From the NCBI GenBank assembly GCA_020891255.1, contig BQFW01000003.1, positions 868,001 through 932,000 of the forward strand: 64,000 nt of DNA, given 5' to 3'. The notes under the pieces are model-generated. The model worked only from the letters and a program-made list of their open reading frames with translations. It searched no databases and was not told where the DNA came from. Shown here piece after piece: positions 35,798-48,900 of this stretch. This DNA comes from Entomortierella parvispora E1425 (taxonomy: Eukaryota; Fungi; Mortierellomycota). Position 1 is the stretch's first letter, and each line of letters starts with the position of its first letter. The position numbers and the translations under genes are program-made.

Positions 35798-38341
35798 ATG
35801 GTATTCTCAGCAACTTTGCCTGCCTGCCACCATTCACGTCAGGTGAAGAAGTCTCTTGGAGCTCAAGCCTCAAGAATCATTCTTCTCTGTGCAGCTGTCC
35901 TTTCTGCTCAGGCTCGTGTCAGCGGTCCAAATCGACTCTCGCCCGAGTACACAGACCTCACAAAGGCATTCGAACGCTTCTCTACAGAGCCCATCGTCAA
36001 CGTTGTCTCTACCACCAGCCCAGCCTCCCAAGTAGACTACTGTGCTCAAGCAGCAGCAATCTCTCAAAATTCAAGTGGAATCGTTCCCTACCATGTTGCC
36101 AAAGGGTGTTACCAGCACTTTGATTTTGATCCCCGCATCCGGGACGATACCATTGATGGCGTTCGTGCGAATTTGGAGTCGTTCTACGTCTTTTACGATA
36201 TTGCAAAGTAGGCTTTAAGGAGACTTTTGGACTTTGTTCCTACCATACCTTCACTGTAGCTAAGTATATCTACATCCGTATTTGTAGATCACCCCCTCCA
36301 ATGGAAAACTCTGACCTTGGCCCTGTCGATCTGGCCCAGTCTCTGGATGCGATCAAGAATACAACGTTCGAGAACGACTATACCTTCCACTCTACTTTGG
36401 GTGGTTTGATTGCCAAACTCCAGGACCCTCATACGACTTATAAAAACATGTGCTATCAGCAATTTCTCTTCATCCAGCCCATCTCGACTTATGGGGTCTT
36501 TGAAGATGGACGCCAACAGGTCAAAGTTGCCACCGTCCTCGACAAGCTGGATCAACGCTTGAGCACCGGGTTCGTAGACTGTGAGGTCACTCATATTGAT
36601 GGACTCCCTGCGTTTGACGGTATGTCCATTGGGTATTCACCTGCCAAGATGAAAAAAATCGCAACAACTGCAAAAGTTCTGACCAATTCTCACGCGATAC
36701 ACAGTGGTGGCAGAGTTTGCGAAAACAAAGTCGTACAGCAAAGACCGCGGCGTTCGTCTCAACAAAGCGTTCTCGTACCTTGCCCATGACCGGACAGGTA
36801 GCTCGTACGATCGCTATTCTCTTGGCACGTTTGCACAGAGGTCCAAGATCCCTCCCAACGGGACGGTGGAGTACAAGATTGACTGCACGTCAAAATACGA
36901 CTCGGATCCTGCTTCGGCACCCACTGTGCCGATGCAGTCAACCCTTGATCTTGCGTGGTCGGCTTTGGACGCCACGATGGCACCCTATTATGACGCGACT
37001 TCCTACCGCATCCAGTTTTGTTCAGATGATTCCATTCAAACGGTGAAAAAGTTTGTCTTGGACTCTGCCTCGGCTGACGACTTTAGTGCAGTCAAGGCGC
37101 GTCTTCATGAGGGAAGGAAGAAGGCGAGGGAGATTTATAGAGGCCCCTATGCCTCATTCCACATGCTGAATGACGGCACCACGGCTGTTTTCAGACTGGG
37201 AACAGAGTCTCCAAACAAGCTCAAAGGGGAAAACCACTTTGGCTTTTACTCCAACATTGACGACGGATTTGCAGCCATGGAAGAAGCTGGGGCCACCAAA
37301 CTCATCATCGACCTGCAAAACAACTCTGGTGGCATTATCTGCTGGGGCCGGTATGTACTCCAAACTCTCTTCCCCGACACGGTCGAGTCGCCGTACATCT
37401 ACACTCTTAAAGCTTCGCCGCTAGCGCAGGCGCTGGCCAAGGCAACGTTCACCTACACCCAGAAGACCAGCTCCCCATATGCTGGACTGGTTGATCCCAA
37501 CACAGGCGATGAAGTATCAGATGAATCTTGGATTATCCCCGGAACAAGCCTCCCAGGACGCGAAGGATATTTTAGTAACAAGGTGACAGATCGGTATTGC
37601 CCCGCCGTGGATGATGTCAGCGGTAGCAACGACGATGCCCTCTTCGAACCAGAAAACATTGTTATCCTCACCAACGGCTTTTGCGGATCGACGTGCGCAG
37701 TACTGGCCCTCCAGTTGCACGAACGTTATGGTATCCGTACAGCTGCTATTGGCGGATACCACGGACAGTCCATGGCTTTTACTTCTTTCCCTGGTGGAGC
37801 AGTTCAGGCCAACAATACGCTCTGGGTCAGTCGCATTCAGCAAGTGTACCAGACAATATCCGGAGACGGACAGGGGCAGTCCCTGGAGAAAATGATCCCG
37901 CAGCCTCTCCCTGCTAACGGACAACTGGCATTTACGTTCAGGCAGGTACTGAGCGCATCACACCCTGACCAAGTATCGGAATACCTTCGCATGCCCAGCG
38001 AGTTCCGGATGGATTACACATCCGCTCGATTCCGCATGCCTTCCATTCTGTGGGAGGATGTAAGGCATGAGGTGTGGGGTGTGGCTCCAGTACCAACATC
38101 TTCTTCGGACAATGAAGAGGACACGGGCGAAGAGGAAACTGGTGAAACTGGTGAAGCCGGAGATCCGGAAGACGAAATCGAGTCTGCTATGTCCATTGGT
38201 GAGGAAGAGGAAGAAGAGCAGCAGGCTGAGATGGAGTCGATCGTTGTGGTTGAAGACGAAGAATCGGATGAGGAAATGGAGCGCGCTGCAGAAGAGGCAG
38301 ACCGTGAGGATGCAGAGTGGATGCAGAGACGATTTGAGTGA
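35798..38341 (+). CDS. Peptidase S41 family (CPAF/tail-specific protease-like), probably secreted, 3 exons
   Basis: LQDPHTTY (His), LIIDLQNNSGG, IVILTNGFCGSTCA (Ser). N-terminal hydrophobic stretch IILLCAAVLSAQA. Long Glu-rich C-terminal tail. Confidence 0.85.
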
Positions 38342-39474
38342 AGGAGGTCCTCGTACACTACTGAAAAACATGTACTCTGCAATAAAACTTTAAATACAAC
38401 CTCTAGCACAACAGTGCACGCGTCGCTAGGATGGTTCCTTTCATGGAATCCCAAAAGAGGAGTTACAAGCATGATGATCATGGCCCCTCTTCTTTGTCAC
38501 ACAATTGCCTGGGTTACATGGACGATGACTCATATTGTATGAGGGAGAAATGAAAAATAACACTGGAATGCTACTGGATTGATCAGAGAAAAAGAACCTC
38601 AGCCCCAGAAAATACCATTGAGCATCTGAGATATTCAGAGTCATCAGACATGACGATTAGAGGGCACAACCTCTCCAACATTGAGCCGTGGAAGCAAGGC
38701 ACAACAATGATCCAAGCGATCACGTTTGCTTCGTCATTGTTGCTTTGGATTATTCGCTGGAAGAGCATACAGCTCGCACAATAGGCTATTAACCTACTAA
38801 TGGCGATGGTCTCCGTGGAGAAGAAAGAGGGCAGCCCAATGAAGCAAACATGTTCATGCACTTTCTTGCCACAACACGACGCGCTGTTATGATTTTCCCT
38901 CGCATCAGATCTCTGTGTGCCGATTGGCTGCAGAGGAAGAAATCGGTGGCGACAGCGCTGTGACCGCCTGCTGTTGCACCGAGTCAGACACGAGCTGGGA
39001 TCGAAAATCGGTGATGGGGAGCGGAATGGGGAATGGGGATGGATGGTGAAGTGGTGAAGTGGTGAGGAGACATGCATCTTCCTTTTCTTTCCGTCCTTCT
39101 TTCCTTCCTGCTCTTTGTCTCTGTCTGCCGCCGCCATTCGCCTCCTCTCCGTGTCTCATCGCCCTTGCTCATCACGCCCCCTCTCTTCATTCTAGTCGTT
39201 GTGGCACCGTCAACCCGTCCCGTCTCTGCTCTATTTTTTTTCTTTGGTCTTTGCTCTTTTCCACGCTCTGCATTGCACTATTGATCAGACATGAAGACCA
39301 TGTCATGAGCGTTGCTCCGTCCTGAACCCACTCTCCTTTTGACTCTACTTTCTAGCTCTATTTTCTTCTTTTGATTCCTCTGCTTCTTTTGCTACTTGCA
39401 GCTCTTTTTTTTTCCCTCCATTCCTTAAGACCCTTGTTCCTCAGTAACACTCACTCATTCCCACATCTCTGAAC

Positions 39475-42400
39475 ATGCCCAGCTCAGTCGACCGAGGCAC
39501 AAACGACTGGCCGACGCAGTCAGTCGAAGCTGCAGTAGGTGCAGCACACATGGTCACCAGCACACTTGACCCTGCGCCTACACTGCGGACTCTTATTGTC
39601 GACAACTACGACTCCTATACATTCAACCTCCTGCAGCTGTTCGATAAAGATCAGCTCGAGAATGTCGTTGTGATCCGTAACGACCAAGTAGAATGGTACG
39701 CCAACAACCCAACCAGTGCAGCTTTAATGCAGTGAATCAACGCTCGGTTTCTCGCTCGGGACTCACCGCTGCTTCTCAACTTTGCTTCCTGTTAGGTCAC
39801 GGTTTGAACAGGAAGTTCTCCCTTATTTTGATCAGGTTGTTCTTTCTCCCGGTCCAGGTCGACCTGAGCGCAAGGAGGTACGAAACTACGGAGTCATTGA
39901 CAATGCTCTTCTCAGTAACTGATTTTGTATCTGTTCGTGGCCCCATAGGACTTTGGACTATGCACTCAAATTCTTCAAACGAGCCACATCCCAGTCTTTG
40001 GAGTGTGCCTTGGACATCAGGGTATTGGCTGGATTCACGGCGGAAAGGTCACATATGGTCCTGAACCCGTTCATGGGCAGATCGCCCGCATCAAGCACGA
40101 CGGTACTGGACTCTTTCAGGGCGTGCCGGACGGCTTCGAGGCTGTTCGTTATCATTCTTTAGTGATCCAAGAACAGGATCTGCCCTCGGATCTGATTGCA
40201 ACCGCTTGGTGCCGTAGCTTTCCTCTGATTACCGTCAACAATACTGACAGGGAAAACAATGTATCCGCCTCCGGGTCCAATCGCGCACAGGGGTCAACTT
40301 CGATTATGGGAATCCGACACAGAACTCTTCCCCACCATGGAGTTCAGTTCCATCCGGAGTCCATTTGCTCCAAACATGGCAAGCAGATGATGAACAACTT
40401 TTTCAACATATCCGAGGAATTTTATGCAAACAAGCAGAGGTCCACTGAGACACTCGAGATCCCAGACCGTGTCCGTGCGCTATCAGTTATTCCAACGAGA
40501 CCTGTCCTTCAACTTAACCCGACTCCTTCAAAGTCTCCAGCTTCCTCGACCAGCCCTTTCAGCCTTCACATCCACGCACTGGATCCAGCATTCTTCCCTG
40601 ATCCCGAAGTTGTTTTTGAATCGCTATTCTTGACTGGACCTCGATCGCAGTCCGCTTCCTGGTGGCTTGATAGTGCTCGTCAGCCCCATCCGATGTCACG
40701 GTTCTCCTTTATGGGAGGTGTAGAAACCCGAAGCGTACACAGACGCACCATCAAGCCCATCACGCCAAAAACTGGAGCATCCCAGGCGGTGATTCAGTAT
40801 TCAACTTTACACAAGGAAGTGTCTGTGCGCCAGTACAGTGGCAGAAGAGCTCATTCAGACGTTAAGCGGATCAAGCTGCAGGATCCATCAGATCGCCACT
40901 CTGGAGTGTCATCATTCTGGGATTGGATGTCCAAGGTTATGGGCGCCTTTGGAAACAATAATGTGGAGACAAAAGTCACTGGAGTCGAAGGCGATCAAGA
41001 CTTTGAGACTGTGCCTTTCGACTTCTTTGCAGGAATGATTGGCTACTTTAGCTACGAAATGAAGCGAGAGAGCTTGGAGGGATATCGCACACCGGTAGAA
41101 CAACAGTGCCACTGCACTGGCCACTCCTGGACATCCACCCTCCCTTGCAACTGCGACTGCTCGATTCATCCAGACGCCTCCTTCATTCTGGCGACCCAGG
41201 CCGTGGTGTATGACCATGTGGATAAGCGCGTCTATGTCTTGGGCCTGGTCAACAACCACCAGGATTGTAGTCAGGAAACAGATATTGGGGCCTCTGTTGG
41301 ATTCAGTAGCCTCAGTGATTGCGAGCATTGGATCAAGGACGTTTCAGATTCGATCGCCCATATTTCCACCAACGGCTTCAGTTCGACAACCAAGAGAAAG
41401 TCAGTCTTGCTTGCGGCCGCGACATCCCAGCTTAGCCATAATGAACCCTACAATGTCAGGCAAAGACATCGCCGCCAGTCATCCTCAGGATTCACTTCCC
41501 CCTTCAAGGTTGACTCCACCGAGGAGAACTATATCCGAGCCATCCAAGATAGCTTGGACTATATCCATGAGGGCGAGAGCTATGAGCTCTGCTTGACCAC
41601 TCAGTTCAGGGCAAAGCTCCCACTGTATCCCAAGAGATATGGAACTGCGGGATCGGTTCTGGAAAACGAGGATCTCTCCCAGGTCGATTACGCTTTTGAT
41701 TTGTACAAAATCCTTCGGAAGCTCAACCCAGCCCCTTTCTCAGCCTTTTTGAGTTTGCCTCTTTCTCGACAGCAGAAGCGCAAGGCTGGGGATGATATAA
41801 TTGACAAGCTGATTATTCTGTCATCTTCCCCCGAACGTTTCCTGAAGATTGGAAAGACACCTGTAGACGAGAGCCAGAGTGGCACAGAGACAGGATGTCG
41901 GACAGTGGAGATGAAACCAATCAAAGGAACGGTGGCTGTGGCTAAGGGATGCTTTTGCAAGCAGGACGAGGGTTGTTCTGTAGATGAACACGACTCTGAC
42001 AGTAGCGAGCACAATTATGAAGAAGACGATGACGAGGATATGGCAGGGTCTGAACCCCGATTTGGACAGAAGGCTGATCGAAACTCCATGACTGCCAGAG
42101 ACCGATGCGCTGAAGCTAGGCAAAGGGAGGACCAAAGTCGAATTGATTCTCTGTCCAAGAACATCAAGGAGCGCGCGGAAAATCTAATGGTAATTGAGGT
42201 CGACCTGAATGACTCTTTGAACCGTCTGCTCGATGAGATGAGGGAGCGCTGACCTAACATCTTAATCCTGCCATAGATTGTTGATTTGATTCGCAACGAC
42301 CTGGCTCATGTCTGCAGTTCCCAATCTGTTCGTGTGCCATATCTGATGCACGTTGAATCGTACGAGACTGTTCATCAACTGGTGACAACAGTCCGAGGAG

Positions 42401-42939
42401 AACTCTTGGATCATGTCGATACTATTCAGGCGGTCAAGGCGTGCTTCCCTCCTGGCTCTATGACAGGTGCTCCAAAGCTGCGATCAGTGCAGTTGCTGGA
42501 TTCCTTGGAACACAATGTAAAGCGCGGAGTCTACTCTGGGTGTCTAGGATACATTGGAATCCCAGCCGTTGCTGCGGGCTCTCGATCCTCCAATACATGT
42601 GCTCCTGTAAAGATTCGCAGCGCTGTTGACATGGCAGTCGTCATTCGAACAGCTGTTCTTTCCATTACACCGGCGTCGATCAATGAAGGCTCAGACATCC
42701 TGGTTGCGGGTAAATGTTGGGTCCAACTGACTTTCGGTTGCTTGTTTTCAGGTGCATTCTCTAACTGTCCTGCACGTCATTCCTGCTCTCATTTTCTTTT
42801 TCTTTCAGATGTTACAGTCGGTGCTGGAGGAGCGCTTACGATCCTGTCTGATCCCAACGAAGAATGGCGAGAGGTCCTGCTGAAATCTAGGTCCGTTGTG
42901 CCAAGTGTGATGTCCTACATGCGACAGCATGCTCTCTAA
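39475..42939 (+). CDS. ABZ1: Bifunctional aminodeoxychorismate synthase (PabA-PabB fusion), multi-exon
   Basis: GATase motifs TLIVDNYDSYTFNL, SPGPG, GVCLGHQ and GVQFHPES. Synthase motifs GESYELCLT, SSSPERFL, MKPIKGT, ERAENLMIVDLIRNDL and GSMTGAPKLRSV. Confidence 0.93.
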
Positions 42940-43459
42940 TGCTTTAAGACGTCGCGTCCTTTTCTCCTTCTCATTATCTGCGGACAAAATTTATTCCATT
43001 GCTCCTACCTTCGCCCACCATAGTCCGCGCGAGCGGTCTCTTTGCATCACTCTTATACTCAGTTCCTTGCATACTTTCATCCTGTTCTTTGTTCTTGTTG
43101 AAGCTCTTTTTCCTGCACCATGCATAGATATTTTCTATAAATACCCCTCTCTCTTACAAACCATGCACGGCACGATACAAACACAAAGAAAACAATGAAT
43201 GCTATGCTATGCTTTGTTGCTTGATCCGGTGTCTGTTAGCCCGCTGTCAGTTGGTAATGACACGACACGACCGAGCTGCAGGATACATCGAGATGAAGAA
43301 CTAAAAAAAAAAGGCACTGCGTCACGTGGCTGTCACTTGGAAGACTTCAAGGGCACATGGTCCACATTACCTTCTTTCTTTCATTCAACCTTCCCTATTC
43401 GCATCCTACCCGCTATACCATACCTTTCCCACTTACTTCCAACAAACACAGCTACAGAC

Positions 43460-44639
43460 ATGAACGGGTCACCCAGAAAGTTTGGCATTGACCGAGGTAA
43501 CTTTTTCACATTGCATGTACCTTTTCAGGGTCGCTGTGCGACAGAGCCCAGATTTCAGGACTGACTTTTTCTTTCATTTCTTCTCCCACCTGTGCGTTGC
43601 CCATAGAAATCGCAGCCAAGTTGGCGGCCAAATATGACGTTGGCAGAGAAAAAGAGGTAAGGAAAACAAGCGTACCTTTGCCCTGTTCAAACTCTCCTGC
43701 ATATCAGCACGTAATTGACCCCTTCAATTATTTTTTCCCAGGCACGAGAGTGGATCGAGACGGTTGTGGGCGAACAATTTCCTAGTGACGACTTTCAGGC
43801 TTCATTGAAGGACGGGGTGCTCCTTTGCAAGTACGTTACAAAGACGACATCGTTGGTGGGATGTCAGAGGGAACGTATAAAGATGGCTTCTAATGGTCTT
43901 TGCGTTCCTTTTCCTCGTCACTTCTCTCCAAGCTAGGCTTATGAATGTTCTGATTCCAGGATTCTACAGACTTAAAGCGTCAAAGATGCCATTTGTTCAG
44001 GTAGAGAGGAGTTCTCTTACCGCTTGGGATAACTCTTTGTATCCCATGTTACATGCGGGTAGTTCAAAATATCTAACCTTGCGTCGCACTGATGGAAATA
44101 GATGGAGAACATTGCAAAGTTTCTGGAGGGATGCGAGAAACTGGGATGTCCAAAGCACGATCTCTTTCAGACGATAGACCTTTACGAGAACAAGAACCTG
44201 GGACAGGTCGTCGATGCTATCTGGTCGCTCTCTCGACATGCTGCCAAGGCAGGATGCAATACACCGGTAAGAGCTCTTTTTTCTGGGAATACTTTCCTTT
44301 TATATTATCGCTAATGTGTTTTCCATTTTGCTCTTTTGATCGTTTTGCAGATCCTGGGACCCAAGCTGTCCGATAAACACGTATGTATAGGAGGGCATCT
44401 GGTGGTCTGTTGGGTGTAGGAGGTGTAGGAGAGAGCAAACTGTCTAACATTCATTGCAATGCATCTTCCACGATATCTAGGAGGTCGAGTTTTCAGAAGA
44501 GGTACTCAATGCAGGAAAAAACGTTATCAACACTTACCAATACGGATACAATGGTGGCGCGAATCAATCGGGTCAGAGATCTGGTCGACGTGAGATTGGC
44601 GGTGTTGATCCAGGTCGTGTTCACGTCCCCATTGTGTAG
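43460..44639 (+). CDS. SCP1: Calponin/transgelin-like actin-binding protein, many short exons
   Basis: CH domain (AREWIE...LKDGVLLCKL, MENIAKFL, DLFQTIDLYE) and a calponin-like repeat in the last exon (INTYQYGYNGGANQSG). Confidence 0.85.
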
Positions 44640-44848
44640 ACACCAAGCTTCGCTAGAACGAGAAATCACGGTCAATGATACAAACTAATGAAGATATTGT
44701 GGTTGTAAAAATCGCGGTCATTTTTTTTTCGCGTGTGACCTTTGAGATTCTTTGGGCTCGATTAATGCGGGTGCGGGTGCATTTCCATTGCTTCCTTGAC
44801 ATCCTTCCTCTCTCTCATAACCACTCGCCTCCAGAAAGAATTTCAGTC

Positions 44849-45694
44849 ATGCCGGACAAGATCGCCTCCGATGCCACACCCCATCCTCGTCAGGGCATCC
44901 CTCGCCGAACCGCCAAATCGACCACCAGGAATGAGAATCCCTCCGACAGCAAGGATGACCTGGATCTTGCTGCCAAAACGGCTCCTACAACCTCGGGCAG
45001 CAACAGTCGCCCTCAAAGCCGAGGCGCGAACCGAAAGACACTCAGGAATGAAACCCCCCATGCAGATTCCGATTCCGAAGAGTCATCACTGGATTCCTTT
45101 GACGAAGAAGAAGAAGACGACGACGACGACGACAGGACAGGACGCCGTCAACGTCGTCGGAGACGTCTCTCTGCCTCTGCCTCCCATCTCCTCGCACAGG
45201 CGCCCGCCGTTCCCGACCTCCGATTCGATCACAACTACCGTAAAGCGCTGGACCAATGTTACGAAAGTTATGCGGCCGATTCTGCCAGAGCCGCTGCCAG
45301 AGCGGCCGCCTACGCTGCCTCCGTCTCTGAAAAACCAGATTCAAAATCAAGGCCATCCTCATCACAGCAGGAACATGCTATCTCAGTACCTTCTGTCGCG
45401 GCCAGGATCACGGTGATGACCTTGAGGGATATCATCATTATGCCCTTTGTCCACGGATTCTTTTGGGGATTTGGAACGGTCCTTTTGACATTGGCCGGTC
45501 AACGGAGCCTGTTTTATCACATTCACAGAACCTGGACCCATTTCTTTGGGTCCAGCGGCGCCGATGAGAAACCCATGACCATCCGAGGAGAACCGGCGCG
45601 CGTCCGTCGTTTCGGTGGTGGCTCTAGTCTGACGGGTCTCGGACTGATGAGCGCAGGATCTGCCGCACCTGGATTTGATCGTACGGTTTATTAG
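44849..45694 (+). CDS. Fungal membrane protein, DUF1770-like, 281 aa
   Basis: ATG at 44849. PDLRFDHNY motif and VMTLRDIIIMPFVHGFFWGFG hydrophobic motif. Confidence 0.7.
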   Translation: MPDKIASDATPHPRQGIPRRTAKSTTRNENPSDSKDDLDLAAKTAPTTSGSNSRPQSRGANRKTLRNETPHADSDSEESSLDSFDEEEEDDDDDDRTGRRQRRRRRLSASASHLLAQAPAVPDLRFDHNYRKALDQCYESYAADSARAAARAAAYAASVSEKPDSKSRPSSSQQEHAISVPSVAARITVMTLRDIIIMPFVHGFFWGFGTVLLTLAGQRSLFYHIHRTWTHFFGSSGADEKPMTIRGEPARVRRFGGGSSLTGLGLMSAGSAAPGFDRTVY

Positions 45695-45922
45695 ACCAAA
45701 TAGAAAACGATCGCGACATAAATTAAAAAGGGTGAAAGGATGCCCTTCATCAATTGCTCAGTGAAGCAGATAAAATGGAGCCATGATGATGATGATTCCT
45801 ATTTCGCTTTTTTTTATTTGATTATGGTACAATGCTGGTTCTAGGAGAAGGATGCAATGAGTGTAGCTCTCTTTTTTTTTTTTCTTTTTTTTTTTCTTTC
45901 TTTTCTCTGCTGTTGTATATCT

Positions 45923-48900
45923 CTAGTTGTAAGGTTTTGGCTTGCGGTTTCGCAGCAGATCGAAACGCTCTTCACGCTCCCTGATTGTCACAGAACGCTC
46001 CTCCATAAATTGTCTTCGCTCCATATCCTTCATGACAGCCTTAAGATTACGCCATGGACGGAATCCTGTAAATTCTGGGGTCGCAGCGTTTGATGACACC
46101 ACGGTGGTGGTAGTGTCCGATGTTGTCATTGGGGTGGTTTTCGATGACGATGATGACGATGATGTCGACGCCGGAGTGACGGCTGGTGTCGCATCTTCGT
46201 CGGAAACAGCCGATACCGAGGCGGACCAGATGGGTAGGGTGGAGCCATGCTTGTTCAGGTGAGTGACCGACTCTGCGGCAACCAACATGCCGTCCTTCAG
46301 GGCTTCAAGCACCCGAGGAAACTGGAAGCGAATAGTCGTCCAGATAAATTTGCGATGTTGTTCCTCCAGGTTTTCAAAGGGACGCGGGTATGGCATCAAC
46401 AGTTTCTCCACTTCGATTCTTCGTCGGGCACGCTTCTCGGCCCTCTTGCTGTCGGCTTGAGGGTCCTCTGCGCCACCGTCATAATGTGGGTCGGTCAGGT
46501 CCCCATCAACTTTCTGGAGGTCCAACTCCAGACCCTTGAACTTGAGCAAGTCCTCCAAACTGTCTGCCAGCGCTGCCATGGTTCTTGGTCGAGGGTAGAG
46601 GAGTGACTTTGGACTGTCATACACTCTTGCCGTAGTGGACATGTTGTCAGAGTCCGAAAAGCGTTCCAGGTCTCCTTGAACTGGGCCCAATTGACGCCGG
46701 TGGAGGGTCGGTGATCTCTTGAATGAGGAAAAGTCGTTATTCGACGACTCTTCTTCCTGCGTTGATTTCAGACCTGGCAAGAGTTTTTCTTGGAAGATCG
46801 TGCATGCCTCAATGATATGACCATTTCTTGCCAACGCGATGACATAGTCGTTCCAGTTGGCAGAGTCAAACTCAAATCCAATGTCCTCGAGTCCCTTCCA
46901 TATGGACTGGACTTTGGCAATTTGACCAGAATAGCCCAGGGCATCCATGGTGATCGAAATAGGATGCTGCATCAATTGACGAAGCTTGGATGCTCTTGTC
47001 GAGACCCGATCTTGCACCCACTCCATGGCATTTTTCGTTGGCAACGTCTTTGAACCAAGTTCCTTCTTGGCTTCTTTCCACTGTGCGAGATGACGTTCAA
47101 AGAGCTCGGTCCAGATGTTGAGCACACTGTCGACATCTCCCGCTCGTCGATAACCGTCCATCAGAGTCGTATATGTGATCGTGTTCGGCTCCAGTCCACG
47201 GTCCCTGATCTCTTGGAACATGGCCTTCGCAGCCATGATATTGCCCTCTTTTGCGTAAGAATCAAGCAGAGGCACGAAAGCGTAAAGGGCATTGGGTCTG
47301 GATCCTGCCTTGAGCGGCTTTCTTTCTGTTCCCATTGTTGACAAATGTCCCACATGAGCGCGATGCAACACGGAATCCTCAACGTCCACAGGGTCAGGTT
47401 TGCTGGATGCGTCGTTTTCCTTGACAGCAAACTCTTGGAATTTCATGATTTGGTTCAGCAAGGCTCGACCCTTCTTTTTATCTCCACGTCGAACATGGCT
47501 GTGCAGCATCACGGCATAGGTCTCGAAATTGGGTATCAGTCCGGAATTGACCATGTTCATATAAACCTCCTGGGATTCCTTGACTCGTCCTTGATCCAAG
47601 TATCCCTTCATAAGAATGGTCTGGGCTAGCACATTATCCCCAAAGCCATCCTCCTCCATGTTCTCAAAAAGTCGTTTTGCGGCTGCCATGTCACCATCGT
47701 TGACCAATCCATAGAGTAGATTCGAATAGATGTAACTGTTGGGCAAGAGTCCCTCTGCTCGCATGGCATCGTAGATGGATAGCATTTGCGTCAGATCGCC
47801 GCTGCGGGCATAGGCACTAAGCAAAGTTCCGAAAACGACCTGGTTCGGCATGATTCCTGCTTTGATCATCTGTCGGTAGACTGACTGGGCACCAATCATG
47901 TCCTCGGCTGTGCAGTACGCATGCACCATGGATCCGTAAGCGTATGCATTCGGCGTTACATGGTGAACATTCACCATCTCGTTCCAAAAGACCTCTGCTC
48001 CATCTGCATCACCTCGAGTCGCAAAGAGATTCAGAATACTGGAAAACGTGTACCGGTCCGGTCGTACGTTATTAGCGATCATAGTTCTGAAGACGTTATA
48101 GGCGCCATCGAGGTCTCCATGCTGCTGGTAGGATCTGATCAGCATGTTGTAGTTGACCGTGCTTGGTTGGACTTGCTTTGACATTTCCTGGAAAAGCTCC
48201 GCACTGCGGTCTGGGTTCTCTGACAAACTCTGAAGAAGGGCGTTGAAGGTGTACTTGTTGGAGGCGACTCCGCTGGCGTTCATGTGATCAACAAGCTGCT
48301 TTGTCATCTCAAAGTCGCCCATTTTGCCCACAGCTTCCACCATGGGTCCAAAGGTTTTCTCTGTTGGCACCAATCCAGCCGCCAGAATGTCCTGGTAAGC
48401 CCTTTGAGCCTCTCTCAGATTGCCGGCCTTTGAGTGGGCATCAATGATGGCCGAGTAGGTGTCCTCCAGGGGCTTGAGTCCTTGCCTCCGCATGAGATCC
48501 AGTGTCATGTCCATATAATCAAACTTTTTGGCTCGTCCGAATCGATGGATCGCCGTGGTGTAGAAGATATGCCCAAACTGAACACCCTCTTCTTTCGATA
48601 ACCTGACCATGGCGGCAAAGACTTCGTCCAGGACACTGCGATCCAATAGGAAAACGAACAGTCCTTCGACCACTTTTGAGTTCACGCGCGTACCCTCAGT
48701 TTGGACCCATTGCAGGATCAGTCGTGCGAGCTCCACGGTTTGTCCCTTTCGTTCCTGGTAATAGGTAGAAAATCCATCCAAGTCGTATGTAGCCGTGATA
48801 AGAGTCCGGTACAACCCCAACAGTCTCTTCATCTCCACATTCGAATCACAGAGCTGGAGCAGCTCGGTGATGAATCGTCGCCGTCCTTGGATCTGCCAGA

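Noticed and set aside
39291-39325. Two overlapping tiny uORFs (MKTMS*, MSVAPS*) upstream of ABZ1
   Set aside because: They lie upstream of the CT-rich tract where fungal transcription usually starts, so they are probably outside the mRNA. This needs TSS data.
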